A DNA stretch of 64,000 nt from Rhynchobatus australiae (GCA_034780895.1 JAUZTB010000117.1:7480770-7544769), one strand, 5' to 3'. Shown: positions 1-13,544, counted from the first letter of the stretch. Numbers and translations are program-made. The notes: generated from the sequence alone by a model not told the origin.

Positions 1-780
1 AAAGAAATGGAGCTTCACTATGCACATTAAGCACCCTGCCAAACTATTAAATAAATGAGACAGTTAATTTGAAATGAAAATTTTAAAAACATCAGCTAGA
101 CGAATTTTTGAATCAATATATCTGAATTTACTATGCATTCCAAACAGATATCCCACTGTGTACAACTTTCTGATTAATGAGACTTAATATCTTTCGAAGA
201 TGTTTTTAACAGGGTTCAGTTACATGAAATGAAGGTGGCTGCTACATTTTTAATGTATTTCAATATGCTCCAGATTTAAAGAGTGCTAATGAATTATACT
301 GAACAAGCATTATTCATTTTTAAATCTTATTCATTTTCATTTCCCCAAGGTGAGATTTACATTTCTCTTCATGACTGGGGGGGACTAATAATTAGAAATA
401 CGGTGTAAAGATTACATATTGTATGCTCATTATATTCATCACACCATAAAAACAATAACCCTGAATGAAAACTCCTCGTGAAAATTCCTCTGCCCGATAG
501 TCTTCCTGAAGAATTTGTGCCCTTTCGCATACTAAAGCAAGCCACCTAATGGTTCAGCTTGTTAAACAAGCCCCCTGTCTCACAACACGTGGTAGTTTAA
601 TAATTCATCTAACTTCCTTAGCAGTTCCATGCTCCATTTTCAGATTTTTATTGAATGTTCCATACAGAACTGCATGAATTCTTCCTCTAAAAGTAAGTAG
701 TCACAGGGACTTGATTAATGGTTTCACAAAAGAAAACAAATTCTTATTGGAATATGCCCCACTGGAATCCTTTATGACTC

Positions 781-1250
781 AGAAGAACACAAGAAATCAG
801 AGCAACATGCAGCTATATAGCCCCTCAAACCTGCTCTACCATTCAATAAGATCATGGCTGATCTGATCTTGACTTCAATTCCTCTTTTCTTGCCTGTTCC
901 CTATTTCTCCACAGCAAAGCAAAGTCTGTCCATCTCAGCCTTGAACTCTGTGGGATAGAGAATTCAAAACTTTCTCAACCCTCAAAGATGATTCCTCTTC
1001 ATCTGTTTTAAATGAGTGACCACTTATTCTGAAATTATTCCCTCACAGAGGGTAACATCTTCTCTGCAATCAACTCGTCAAGTATCCATATAATCTTGTG
1101 TTTCACTGAGATCACCTCTCATTGTTCTGAACTCCAATGAGTTCAGGCCCAACTTGCTCAAACTTTCCTTTGTCCATCTCTTCATCCCAAAAATCAACCC
1201 AATGAACTTTCTCTGAATGGTCTCCAATGCAAGCCTACCTCTCCTTAAAT
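781..1250 (-). mobile_element. CR1-type (HER1-like) LINE 3' remnant
   Basis: Reverse-complement tail 'aagaaatcagagca...cccctcaaacctgctctaccattcaataagatcatggctgatctg' plus decayed ORF2 end; the same motif recurs at 5145, 6408, 36150, 40240 and 47850. Confidence 0.7.
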
Positions 1251-1259
1251 AAGGAGCTC

Positions 1260-2270
1260 AGACCTGAAGCTCCTGAGGCAATGAGAGTAGTGACCATCTC
1301 AGAGACAAAGATCTGAAGTTCTGTGGTGCGGTCATGGTCCAGTGGGAGAACAAAGATGCCCAAGAGCTCAGCTTCTGTGACGAGAGGCGGGTTTCCAAGC
1401 CAAAACAGTATTGCTTCTGTCAACGGGTTTGAAAATGATATTGGGGTTAGTCCTCAGTGAACAGAGCGCTGCAAGCTCAGAAGGAAATAGATTAGTGTTT
1501 AACATCACATTGGCAGTTACCAATTAATAGATCTGGACAGAAAAAGAAGCCCAAAGGAAGAATTCTGGAGGATGGTGGAAGGTTCCACAGTCTGAGACAA
1601 AGACTCCTAGCCAAAGACACGGGCACAGGCACACAGCTGGCAGAAGAGCTTAACATCACATCGAGCACAGAATTCATTCAGGACAGGGGGAAGATGGAGC
1701 TGGGGCCTCTACTGAGGATTAATCATTCAGAATTGGGGGTTGGGGGCAAGATAAGAAGGGATGGCGAAAACACAGCAAGGGATGGGATTGGGACAGAGNN
1801 NNNNNNNNNNNNNNNNNNNNNNNNNNNNNNNNNNNNNNNNNNNNNNNNNNNNNNNNNNNNNNNNNNNNNNNNNNNNNNNNNNNNNNNNNNNNNNNNNNCT
1901 GCAAGGGATGGGACTATGAAGGGAAATGGGGATGGAGGAAAGTAAACAAGAAGAAAGACCTGCATGATTATTAGAATTCAGGAACTGCTAAAGTTTACTA
2001 ACTTTGATGTCTGTGAGAAAGGAAATTGAGGGTTTTTTTTAAATCATTAAAACACAATGGATAAAGACAAACCATGGACAAGGGCAGCTTTAGGATAGAG
2101 TGGGTTGATGCTGTTTCAGAGAGTGGTCACAAGCATCACGTGCAATGCACAGCATTAAGTGTAGATCTTAGGAAGTGATGAGAACAATGATTAGAGGACA
2201 AAGGATAGTTTGATCAAGAATGGACTTGACCTGTGAAGGATGAAATTTCAGTTCAAATCCACACAGAGCA
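1260..2270 (-). mobile_element. very decayed L2-like LINE remnant spanning a gap
   Basis: Purine-rich + strand; minus strand near 2110-2130 reads like a degenerate HSTETA RT motif. Weak. Confidence 0.3.
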
Positions 2271-2329
2271 AGCAGGAGACACAAGAGGCTGCAGATGACT
2301 GGAGCCAGGGCTATTTATTTAAGAGATGT

Positions 2330-2715
2330 AACTGAGCAAGCAAATTGCAGTCAACACCTTAATCAAAGCCATGGAAGCAATCATGAAGAAGACATGTCAG
2401 TGCCTCTACTTTCTTAGAAGCTTAAGGAGATTTGGCATATCACCAAATACTGTAACAAACTTCTACAGATACACTGTTGAAAGTATCCTGACTGGCTGCA
2501 TCGTGGCCTGGTACAGCAATTCTAATGCAAAGTAATGCAAGAAGCTGTAGAGGGTACTAATGTCTCGTTTTGCACAGTCTTTTGATTCTTCACTGTCTTC
2601 TATAGTTTATGTTTGGTGTGTTGTCTGAATCTACATGCCTGTAATGCTGCTACAAGCAAGTTTTCACAACTGTACTTATACCTCACCATACTTGAGCATA
2701 TGACAATAAACTTGA
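2330..2715 (+). mobile_element. Rex1/Babar LINE 3' fragment (tail type A)
   Basis: Encodes an LYFLRSLRRFG..NFYRYTVESILTGCIVAWY-like C-terminus and ends 'catatgacaataaactt'. Confidence 0.8.
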
Positions 2716-2834
2716 GAGGGAAATAGAAACCATTGTGGGCAAACGAGGTAAAAGAGACTGATGGAAAGTCAGTCAGAGAATCAAAACTTCATGGAAAAGT
2801 AGCAGTGAATTGAGTTGCAACTGGAGCAAAAGAA

Positions 2835-2950
2835 AACTGCAGGTGCTGGAAATCGAAAACCTAAACAGAAAATTCTGGAACACTTAGAGCAGCATCCATA
2901 AGGAGAGAAACAGGGCTTATGTTTCAGGTAAAGGATCCTTCATCGGAACT
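2835..2950 (-). mobile_element. Penelope-like terminus with degenerate hammerhead
   Basis: 'ctgcaggtgctggaaatc...gcagcatcc...gtttcaggtaaaggatccttcatcggaact'; minus strand reads CCGAUGA-AGG..CCU-GAAA. Confidence 0.65.
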
Positions 2951-4034
2951 TAAGATATCTTGTTGGTTCTGGAAGCTCAGCTGGACATTTGCCTACTAAC
3001 TTTATTGGATGGAAAATTTGAAATGCCTGTTATCTATTTATTTCCCCTTAAGTGACAACGATACCACCCCCAAACTTTCCAGAACATTTGTTTACTCACT
3101 AATACAAGCATTGCTAACTGCAAAAAGTCCAAACATTTCAGCTAAGCAGGGATTGTACTAATGAGGTTCAATAATGGCTGCAGGGACAACTCAACAATGC
3201 AGGAATCAAACTGCTTCGAGAACTGATGCGATTCTTTCCCTCAAGGGTTTAAAAAAGCTAATAGCCCATAACAAAATATGTAAAGCACAGGAGGAGCAGT
3301 AGTTTAATGGGCTATTCCTTAATCCACACTTAAAGCACTAACTACCATAGCTGAGAGTCATAAAATGTACCTTCAGAGTGGAAACCTCCAAACATTCACA
3401 GAAACCACGAGGTTCAAAGGGCGATAGTGTGGAATGAGGTAATGTTGGCAGCATTTATTCTGGCATTATCTTATGTATTATGCAGTCTTCTGCTCATGCC
3501 AGAGAGCGAGCTTTCATAAAGGGTGACTGTGTACTGAATGCTTTTGATTCTCCTTTCTCCTGAGTCCACAACATTTGACTGCACACCACCAACCCACTAG
3601 GTGTTCTTCAACTTGGGGCTGCCCACACCACATCAATCTCCCCCCTCAACCAAAAGTCACTGTTCTTTTTCTGATCTTCAAATGATTGGCAGTGCTAGCT
3701 TAACCTTCACTGAACTCTCTAATATATTACACAATAAAACTAAGCATATATACTTAGGTTATTGTGTAGTCCTTTTAATTGCTAAAAATTAATGAAATAT
3801 TAGTGTTGCCACAGAGTGGCGCAGTAAAGGAAAATTATTGCTAATTCTGTTCTTGCATTAAGACAACACGTGACAGCCAGAAAATAAAAAAGTCACAAGT
3901 CCAGTTTGGCAATAATAAAGCAATGCCTTGACACTCGAACACCCCTCTGCTTGGTCCGGAGTCCCCACCAATCAGTTAACAAGAGCAGAACAAGAGGAAC
4001 CTGGATATGAGAATGGTGAACAAGATTTAGAAAA

Positions 4035-4085
4035 AGAATCAGATTTATCGTCACTGACCTATGTCGTGAAACTTGTTGTTTGACA
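4035..4085 (-). mobile_element. Rex1 tail type B fragment
   Basis: 'gaatcagatttatcgtcactgacctatgtcgtgaaacttgttgtt' is the reverse complement of the tail at 58905-58950. Confidence 0.6.
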
Positions 4086-5144
4086 ACTGATGTGCTGAAA
4101 AACAGAAGCTTTTTTTAAAATTTTAAGCTGGTGCTAATTAATACTTATTGCGCAGAAGATTAATTGAGATATTAATTGAGACTTGAGACAAATATTGAGG
4201 GTTTGTACCTTTATATCCTGATTGGTTACCCATGGTGCTTCCTACCCACTGGCTACCTACCAAATAAAGATTAATTATTTCACTATATCATCCCCTGCAA
4301 TTTCCCATTAGTTCCTCTAAGGTCATCACAGTAATATAAGATGCTATTTTAATAATGGACGGAAGTTGCCTAAAGAGGATCAAATTATTATTCCTCTGCC
4401 ACTAAAGTACATCATCAAGGATAATCCACTGAAGCACATTAAAAATTCGAACAAATGGATTATGGAAATAGGCTGTGAAAAAAAAATGACTCCTCAACTG
4501 CGGCGGAAAACCAAACTACCAAGTCGCACATCTACTACCCAAAATATGAATTTTAAAGTAAGTAGAGTACAATTCCTGACTCTATTTGGGAATCTTAAAA
4601 TCAAAATAGTATAATTGTGCCATAAAGAAGCGCTGGTTGCATGCCAGGTAACTGAAAATTAACTAGTAACTATTGACCCAAGGCCAGTCTTCAATTATAG
4701 TATTACAAAAGAAAAACTCTGGCAAGTACATAGCTCCAAATAAGCTGCAGTTAAAGAAAAAAAATCAATCTGAAAATAATTATAGGAAATATAGTTTCCT
4801 CAGGAAACTAATCAGCTTGAAGAGAAACTCAAACAACCAGTAGTTGGTCATTAGTGGTAAATGGTTTTGGGTGGTGGAAAGAGGTTGGGGGCTTAATTAA
4901 AAATAAAGCTAGCTGATTTGTAGTCTGGTTGTTGTGGTAACTCAAATCAGAAGACAGAATCATTGAGTGCAATTTAAATAGAATAAATTCAACTGTTCCA
5001 TTTCACAGTAGCAATGCTATCATTCCAAACTGCTTCAAGTACCAGGTTGCATCTTATCAGAGGATCTATCACTGTTGTAGATGAGCTCTACACATAAATC
5101 TAATAATTCTGATATTTTTAAGTCTTGATAAATGTTGAACCAAT

Positions 5145-5520
5145 TACAAAGGAACACAGGAGGAGGCCATTAAGCCCCTTGCCTGAAATCACAGCTGATC
5201 TGCACCCTAACTCCACCTCCCCATCTCTTCCCCCATTTCCGATAGTTTTTGATTAAAACTTTAAATCTTTGTTAAAATTGACTATTGACTTGCTACCAAT
5301 TATTACTTGCTGAAAGGAGTTCCAAGTATCTACCACCCTTTGCGTTGTAGAAGTGTTTTTTCTTACCGCTCAATTTTTAGATTATTATCTTCAGCTCTAG
5401 ACTCCCCAACAAATGGAGTTTATAACCACCCTGCAGTTAGTTTGAAAACCTCTATTAAATCACCCTTTAGCATTTTAAATTCCAGGAAATGCTGTATAAT
5501 CAATCCTCATAACCTAACCT
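5145..5520 (-). mobile_element. CR1-type LINE 3' remnant
   Basis: 'aaaggaacacaggaggaggccattaagcccct...ctgatctg' tail motif plus decayed body. Confidence 0.6.
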
Positions 5521-6407
5521 TTGGAGCTCCAGTATCCAAGTAGGGGATGATAACTGCTCACAGTATGCCACATACTGCACTTTTTAATGAAGTTTCTCAT
5601 TGGGAAAGTGATTTGTACTTGCAGGGATGGGAATTTCGTTGCCATCCTGAAACAGAAGATGAATTCTGCTGAATTTGCTCCTTACTTTGAACTTTAAAAA
5701 GTACTGGCCTCAAAGGACCACTGCAGAGATTAGCCCACTTTATCAAGCCAGTCAAGTGGGCTTTCAGAATGGCCAAGAGCTGCTGCAACCAATTGGGAGC
5801 ACTTTAACAATATGTTGAAGCAAGCTTCTAGTTCCATTTCAAGAACAATATGGCACTTGTGTTTATTGCAAGGCTTGATGCATGAAATCATTAACTGTCT
5901 CTCTAGATTCTTACTAGTTTACTGTGCTGAACAATGATTCACCCACTCAATGATTCACTAACTCAAGTCCATGAGTAATAATGGTATTTCCATGTATACA
6001 TTCAGGAAAGCAGAGAGAGAACACTGAACAATGGACTCCCACAGGAGTCAGCCTTAGCACCTTTTGTTATTCAGTTGAGGGGATTTTCTGTAGAGGCTTA
6101 CAAAACAATACGAGTATCATCTGTAGCATTATCTCCACAGAACTGGATAAATATCTTTTGTTGTTCCATTGTTGTAATTGCACAAAAGGATGAAAGCCTG
6201 AGTCTTTGTGTAAATGATGACCTTAGTTAATAAATCCAGGGCTCCTTGTGGCTTTATGGAATGACCCTTTGTTGACTGTAATCATGAACTGCAAAATTCT
6301 AGCGAGANNNNNNNNNNNNNNNNNNNNNNNNNNNNNNNNNNNNNNNNNNNNNNNNNNNNNNNNNNNNNNNNNNNNNNNNNNNNNNNNNNNNNNNNNNNNN
6401 NNNNNNN

Positions 6408-6570
6408 TGGCCCTTTAAGCCTGCTCTGCCATTCAATATGATCTTGTTTGATCATCCAAATTCAGTACCCTGTTCTAGCTTTCTCCTCATATCCTTTGAT
6501 CCTTGTGGGCTCATTCCTTCTTGAATATTTGATTTGACTTCAACGGCTTTGTGGTGGAGAATTCCTCCTG
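6408..6570 (-). mobile_element. CR1-type LINE 3' remnant
   Basis: 'ggccctttaagcctgctctgccattcaatatgatc' tail motif directly after a gap. Confidence 0.65.
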
Positions 6571-7069
6571 TATTCACTTTGACTTGAAAATATGAAAATG
6601 GAAAGTTTTAATTTGGAATTTCCCTTAGCAATGAGGTAACAAATCAGTAATGCAATGCACTCTTCAGGGCAAACCACTGAACAATAAGTAACTACCCATC
6701 AGACTGAGCTGCCCAAGTTTCACAGGGTAGATTGCCAAAGCTCAGACGATTGCAGTTTGGACAGTCCTGCATTGTAGCACAAATGCACAGAGGAGGCCTG
6801 GAGTGGAGAAAAGTTGTTTTCAGGCCACCATTGCAAGCTTTGCAGCAACTATCCCAAACACGGCACCAGCTGTGAGGAGTTTTCCACAAAAGCAATTTAT
6901 ATTCTCGTCAAGATTTCAGCTTTGTGGCTTGGAGATTTGTCTTTAAACTTCGGTTTGGAAGAATTAATGGTCTGTATTCCACCTATTAAGTCTTTAATCC
7001 TCAATTTAGGTGATCCTTGTAGCAAAGCTTGAAGTGGGGGCCTGGAAATAACTTTCACCATCTGCTTAC

Positions 7070-7265
7070 CAATTCAGAAACAGCTTCTTCCCCTCCACCA
7101 TCAGTTTTCCGGACAGTCCATGAACTCAACCTCATTATTCCTTTTTTTTTTATTTGCACTCTTTATTTATATTTGTAATTTATAGCAATTTTATGTCTTT
7201 GCACTGTACTGCAAAACAACACATTTCACTTTATACAAGTCAGTGATAATAAATCTGATTCTGAT
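7070..7265 (+). mobile_element. Rex1 LINE 3' end (tail type B)
   Basis: 'aacagcttcttcccctccaccatcag...cagtgataataaatctgattctga' matches 58760-58950. Confidence 0.8.
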
Positions 7266-8287
7266 TTATGGTGGAAACAAATTTAGTCAATAGCTCAATA
7301 ATGGACTTTGATTAACAGCACCACTGCAATGCTGAAAAGGTGATGCATGGTAACAACCTCTATTTATTATAGATGTACCAAAAGGCTACCTAACTTAGCA
7401 GCAGCACCTTGCTACATAGAAGCCTTTGAACTACATTTCCCCCAATAAAGAAAATTATTAGTTTTAAACATTAACTCCGAAGAATCCAGAAGTAGTGTGT
7501 TAACTGGGAAGTTTCCAGTCACTGAAAAAGATTCCCAGCATTTGAAGCAAACAAAAAAAACCATGGGCCAAATCATCCATAAACCTCAAATGCATTTCCA
7601 AGCAATAACTATTTGCTTGTTGAGGCATATTACTCCAATCTCACAGCATCTGGGACCATCTTTATGTGCTGTGACCTATGAAAAGTACCAGCACTGCACA
7701 ATATAAAAAGTCCATTGCAAAACCACAACNNNNNNNNNNNNNNNNNNNNNNNNNNNNNNNNNNNNNNNNNNNNNNNNNNNNNNNNNNNNNNNNNNNNNNN
7801 NNNNNNNNNNNNNNNNNNNNNNNNNNNNNCTCACAGCCTACTGTTATCTCAAAATGTGACTACTTGCTTTGGAAATCAAAGTGCACAAGAGTATTGAGAT
7901 TATCAGGCCATGTTTCCTCAAAGAAACAGAGGTGTATCATTGATCCTTATCTTCCATATCTATGTTGACTGTTGTCTACTTGGTACCGCTCAGCATATGA
8001 TAATTAACATTGTTCTTGCCAATTAATTCCTCTATTCCACATGAAAAACCAGAAAGGAATAATGTGGGTGCATTGGTCTGTTTCTTTAACTTTAAATAAC
8101 CAGTTCCAAATGTAGCATTAACTCATGTTCAGTGACTCCTTCAAGTTGATTTTCAGTGTCCACCCACAGACGACTTTCCCATTCTATTGCACTACACCTT
8201 GAGATGAACACCCTTCATTAATGAAGGTCCATTTGTTCTGAGGGCTTTTCTGAATTGGAACTTTAAGAATTCTGTCCCCACAATTTA

Positions 8288-8875
8288 TAAAGTCAAAGTT
8301 GAGTTTATTGTCATATGCACAAGTACATGTATGCACAGGTGCAATGAAAAACTTACTTACAGCAGCATCACAGGCACATAGAATCAGATACACAACATTC
8401 ACAAGAAAAGTAAAGTAAATAAAACTATACAAGAAAGAACACAACCAGAACAATAAAGTCCATTGTAGTGTTCATAGGTCAAAATGTTGCTATACTGAGG
8501 TAGTGACTGGGGCTGTCCTGTTGGTTCAAGAACCGAATGGTTGAGAAAGTAGCTGTTCCTGGTGATGTGGGACTTTTTATACCTCCTGTACCTCCTACCT
8601 ATCGGTAGCTGCGAAAAGATGGCATGGCCTGGGTGGTGGGGATCTTCGATGATGGATGTTGACTTCTTCAGGCAGCGCCTCATGTAGATACTACCGATGG
8701 TGGGGAGGAATGTGCCTGTGACGTATTAGACAGGATCCATTACTCTTTGCAGCTTCTTACATTACTGCACATTCGAAATGCTGTACCAGACTACGATGCA
8801 ACCAGACAGGATACTTTCAACAGTACATCTGTAGAAGTATGTTAGAGTGTTCAGTGACATATCAAACCCCCTTAA
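8288..8875 (-). mobile_element. Rex1 LINE 3' fragment (tail type A)
   Basis: Minus ORFs read 'YFYRCTVESILSGCIVVWY' and 'RRCLKKSTSIIEDPHHPGHAIFSQLP'; tail reverse complement 'agtcaaagttgagtttattgtcatatgcac'. Confidence 0.88.
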
Positions 8876-9174
8876 TGTAGTGGGCTTGTTCCATCTATTT
8901 GTGTCCATATTCAAAAGTGCAGCAGAAATAGAACACAATTTGTCTCCTGGATCCCATTGAACAAAAATCAAGCTTCAACATTACAATGGCCAGAATTTTG
9001 GGCATTTTCAAATATTCCATTAACAAAAATTACAATCTCTTTTCCTCTTAAAAAAATGCATGTGAAATAATAAAATTCCAGGTGTCAGTTCTAAGTTTAA
9101 CCCTGAATCAAATTGGAGAAAGTATGATGTAGTAAAGACTAATTTTCCTTGAAAACAGTTCAAAAACAGCCAGA

Positions 9175-9335
9175 GGAGAAATAAGACTGCAGATGCTGGA
9201 ATCTGCAGCAACAGCAAGTCCTGATACAGGGTTTTGACCAGAAACATTGACAATTCCTTCACCACCACCCCAACCCCCATCCCATAGATGCTGCTCAACC
9301 CGCTGAGTTCCTCCAGCAGATTTTTTGTTGCTCCA
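9175..9335 (+). mobile_element. Penelope-like terminus, inverted arrangement, mutated hammerhead
   Basis: Short forward arm 'agactgcagatgctggaatctgcagcaaca' joined to 'agtc-ctgatac-agggt-tttg-acca-gaaa-catt-gac...ttgttgctcca'. Confidence 0.75.
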
Positions 9336-10189
9336 AAACAGCCAGGTTTCTCAGAGCAGTTACACTGAGATTTCATTATTTTGAAATGGGGGAGGGAGAG
9401 TGGAGGAACAAAAAAGGAAACAAGACTAAGTACAAGTTTATTACTGTCTGTTATTAAAGATACCTTGCTGAATGTACTGAAAAGGCTTTAACTAGTTATT
9501 TTTAGGTGCTTAGAAGTGCAGGTCAGAAGAACAATGTAGTGTTGTAGGTACAGTAGTTGACTAGCAATTCATAGTGCATGAATTCAAATCATGCACTATG
9601 AAATGGATTTTGCCGTTTGCAAACTAACCTTGGGAAACAATGACTACGAAAACTGCCAGATCATAAATAGCTATCTGAGTACTTCAACAAATGGCAAGCT
9701 GCCAGCTCCNNNNNNNNNNNNNNNNNNNNNNNNNNNNNNNNNNNNNNNNNNNNNNNNNNNNNNNNNNNNNNNNNNNNNNNNNNNNNNNNNNNNNNNNNNN
9801 NNNNNNNNNNNNNNNNNNNNNNNNNNNNNNNNNNNNNNNNNNNNNNNNNNNNNNNNNNNNNNNNNNNNNNNNNNNNNNNNNNNNNNNNNNNNNNNNNNNN
9901 NNNNNNNNNNNNNNNNNNNNNNNNNNNNNNNNNNNNNNNNNNNNNNNNNNNNNNNNNNNNNNNNNNNNNNNNNNNNNNNNNNNNNNNNNNNNNNNNNNNN
10001 NNNNNNNNNNNNNNNNNNNNNNNNNNNNNNNNNNNNNNNNNNNNNNNNNNNNNNNNNNNNNNNNNNNNNNNNNNNNNNNNNCACGACGTATGCCGGTGAT
10101 AATAAACCTGATTCCAATTCTGAAAATGATTGAACATACAACCTATTGTGTTTGTGCTAGGTTTTGGCAGAACCATCAAATTAGTACCA

Positions 10190-10295
10190 CAAATCTGATG
10201 AAATGTCATCAACCAGAAACAAACACTCCCACTCCACAGATGGTGCCTTACCGGGTATTTTTGCATGTTCTGTTTTACTTTTGATTTCAGTGCCA
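10190..10295 (+). mobile_element. old Penelope-like terminus with CTGATGA..GAAA core
   Basis: 'ctgatgaaatgtcatcaaccagaaac...ctccacagatggtgcc'; stems decayed. A Rex1 tail-B end lies just upstream at 10082-10120. Confidence 0.55.
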
Positions 10296-10599
10296 CTGTG
10301 CCTCCCTTTCCCAATAACCCTGCAAATATTTCCATGACTTATTTATCCACTCTAGATTATTAAAACAGCTGGAGACAGCAATGAGATGCATTTGTTGTAC
10401 TGGGAAAAGGATTAAGTCAGTTCAAGAGCCTTTGTAGCTTAAACTTAGCATGTGATCCTCCAGGGATCACATTAGTCCATTTGGCTAACTTCTAACTTGC
10501 AATTCCAGATGGACAGATGAAAGCTCAGCCCTCCCAGTTTGCCAACGTGTTTTCATCAGTTACACGATTTTCCACCAAAAGTGACACTGGTTGCACCAT

Positions 10600-11300
10600 G
10601 TTTGCTCAGCTGGTGTGACCACTGCTAAAAACATCAGAATTATAGGTTAAAATATAGGATTGGTTAAGTACATTCCTGGCACTACTTTGCCCAAATCACA
10701 GCAGTGCCTTGGGGGATACAGAGAGCAATTTCAAAGTTAGCAAATTACAAAACTTAGATGCAGTAAATAATCAGGAAGACACCAATAAGACTTTGAGGGC
10801 AAAGCGGAAATCCAATGCAGGCAATCGTGAGATGTACATCTTGATAGGAAGAATGAGTTATGTAACACAAGCTGAATGGTATGATTTTAAAAGGAACACA
10901 AGAACAGATGGAACTGGGGACATTCTTGTCTAAATCTTTCAAAGTAGTAAGACAGGTTAGCTAAACAGTTAATAAACCATATGAGATCCTGTGCCTTTAT
11001 TAAATACTGGCATACAGGACAGAAGCCAGATTGTTATGCTAAACCTATAAAATACTAGACTACTGTTTCCACTTCTGACCACTACAATTTGAAAAGGATG
11101 TGACAGATTTGAGTAGAGTGCAAGGAGATTTACTAGAATGATTCCAGGGATGAGGAATTAGAGGTACGTGGATAGAATGGAGGAACTTTGGTGGTTCTGC
11201 TTACAGAGGCCAAGATGTCTTGACAGAAGCATTTAAAATCATGAATGATTTACACAGAGTAAATCAAGAACAACTGTGTCCAATAACTGAAAGATTGTTA
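10600..11300 (+). mobile_element. old CR1 LINE ORF2 3' remnant
   Basis: 'gttatgctaaacctataaaatactag...agagtgcaaggagatttactagaatgattccagggatgagg' (ML.LYK / RVQ.RFTRMIPG motifs). Confidence 0.65.
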
Positions 11301-11309
11301 AACATTCTC

Positions 11310-12235
11310 CAGACTTCCCTCCTTAACATTCAGTCCGTCTACAACGGCTGTGCAGTGGGTCCATTTTATGCCATCCACATACTGACGACCCCTCTGTTAA
11401 GGAGGCGTGAGTTCCTAGAAAACCATGCATATCATGATTTTCCTTAACACAAACTCCCTTTTCCCATTGAATCCCATGTTATAAGTGGAGATGAACTACT
11501 AAGGGATGTTGTTCTCTTATATCATCATCATTGATAAGATGGGTTAAAGTCACCCACTGCCATTATTTAATGGGCAAAGCTAACATTAGACTTGGGGATG
11601 GCCAAGGTTCCTGGTTTAGGAAGTGGGGATACAAGGGAAATGGGTGGGATCTGATGATCAGGATTCAAAGGTGGTGTTGGATGAGCTCACAGGGTAAAGT
11701 GCAATGACTTAGTGGAAGTGGGGGATTACTTTAAGGAAATATAAGAGCTGGCCTTGGCTACTGTGGCTCCCTACAATACAGTGTGACAGAGTAACTACCT
11801 TACAGATGAAGAGCGTGGCAGCTCTGCTCTCTGAGACATCTGTTCACCTGTCCTTGGACTGGAGGGGATGTGGCAAACAAGGGACTCGGCTGTGACAGCC
11901 AACGCAATTCGACACAGTGACATCTTGTTGCCCTGCGTTACTGAGCAACTAAAAATTAAAACTGACAAAAGTTATTGTTTCTTTCACATTTTGTATTTAT
12001 TTTTCCTCCACATAAATTCTGTAACAGTGAATTTTATTCCATACCTTAAATTTTTGGGAAGTGGTTTGTGAATTCCTTAAGAGTGAATTTTTAATTACCC
12101 GAAGTGCTACAATGCAGGGGTCATTCAACAGCACCTCTCATAGCATCAATAACTTAAATGGACAAGGTGTATGGGAACTACACTTCCAAGTTTCCCTTAG
12201 TTAAAACACTGACCCAATTTGGAAATGTATCCCCA
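11310..12235 (+). mobile_element. 3' end of the 'IYKA.VR.VMEY' LINE family, split by an insertion
   Basis: 11310-11380 and 12123-12235 match consecutive parts of 34675-34890. Confidence 0.5.
11381..12125. mobile_element. old Tigger/pogo-like DNA transposon relic
   Basis: Left end TA|ctgacgacccct and right end aggggtcattc form imperfect TIRs; subterminal 'gttcctagaaaa' versus 'tttttgggaag'; interrupts a host LINE. Confidence 0.45.
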
Positions 12236-13010
12236 TACAGATGGGAATTTAACTCGGACAAGTGTGAGGTGTCACATTTTGGTCAGTTAAACTAGGGCAG
12301 GGCTAGCACGATAAATGGTAGGGGCCCTGGACTGTGTTGTACAACAGAGAGACTTAGGTTCACAGGTACATAGTTCCCTGAAAATGTTCAAGTCGTCGTT
12401 GGGACTACAGTTGGAGTACTGTGCGCAGTTCTGGTTTCTGAATTTACCAGGATTGAAGGGCTTGAGTTATAAGGAGAGGCTGGATAGGCTGGATAGGCTG
12501 GGACTATCTTCTCTGGAGTGTAGGAGGCGACCTTTGAGAAGTATATAAAATCATGAGAGGCATAAAGTGTTCTTCTCAGGATAGGGGAGTCTAAAACTAG
12601 AGGGCATAGGTTTAAATCGAGAGGGGAAAGATTTAAAAGGGACCCAAGGGGCAACATTTTCACACAAGAGGATGGTGGGTATATGGAACGAGCNNNNNNN
12701 NNNNNNNNNNNNNNNNNNNNNNNNNNNNNNNNNNNNNNNNNNNNNNNNNNNNNNNNNNNNNNNNNNNNNNNNNNNNNNNNNNNNNNNNNNNNNCCAAGGG
12801 GCAACATTTTCACACAAGAGGATGGTGGGTATATGGAACGAGCTACTAGAGGAAGCTGTGGGAGGCAGGTACAATGGCAAAGTTTAAAAGACATTTAGAC
12901 AGGTATATGGATAGAAAAGGTTTAGAGGGAGATGGGTAAAACACAGGCAAATGCGACTAGCTTTGACAGACATCTTAGTCGGCATGGACGAGTTGGACTA
13001 ATGACTCTAT
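12236..13010 (+). mobile_element. CR1 LINE 3' fragment
   Basis: QMEFNS.KCEV.HFG, QRDLG.QVHSSLK, LEYCAQFW and SYKERLDRLGL motifs; spans the gap at 12694-12793. Confidence 0.9.
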
Positions 13011-13544
13011 ACCTTCATTGTTCAGTTCAAACTGAAGCAACTGCCAACCCCACAGCAGGTGGCACCACATTCCATACACGATCTAAAGCATGCTATGCCA
13101 ACATTATCCACATCCAATGAATGCATGTAAACATTCTATGGTACAAAAGTATCAACCCGAAAAGTTAAACCTGTTTCTCTTAACACAAAATGGTGTATCG
13201 ACTGAATACTTCCGTCATATTCTCTTTCTATTAAGGCATTATCACATATTTTCAAGCAATGGTAGCTATAGAGATTCTAATAAAACATGTACAATATCCT
13301 GATTACACTCTTGACAACACAGATATCCGGCTCCCACTAAGCTTTAACTACATTGCACCATTCGCAAGCCATTCTTAAATTTTGAACTCCGTTGCTCCTG
13401 AAAATGTAAAATATTTCACTGAACTAAAAGTACAACAACCATTTGCTTTTAAACTAGGCTATGAAAACATTTAACCATCAGGTACAAGACATCAATATTA
13501 GTCAACTGACAATACTTCAAGTTGTCCACACAGTGTAAACAGTA

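Noticed and set aside
4486-4563. Plus-strand ATG..AAA|GTAAGT possible first exon (MTPQLRRKTKLPSRTSTTQNMNFK)
   Set aside because: No promoter or CpG island, peptide unrecognised, and such motifs are expected by chance.
5931-5965. Short tandem duplications (also about 4160-4188, 12477-12503 and 49351-49378)
   Set aside because: Two or three units with no spacers; ordinary slippage, not CRISPR-like.
9591-10335. Long ORFs of 150-397 aa here and at 31814-33007
   Set aside because: They are long only because they read through N gaps (X runs); the flanking residues are repeat-derived or random.
12644-12843. Direct repeats flanking 100-N gaps (also 26424-26607, about 45245-45370 and about 48504-48621)
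   Set aside because: Same sequence on both sides of a placeholder gap indicates unmerged contig overlap, an assembly artefact rather than a tandem duplication.
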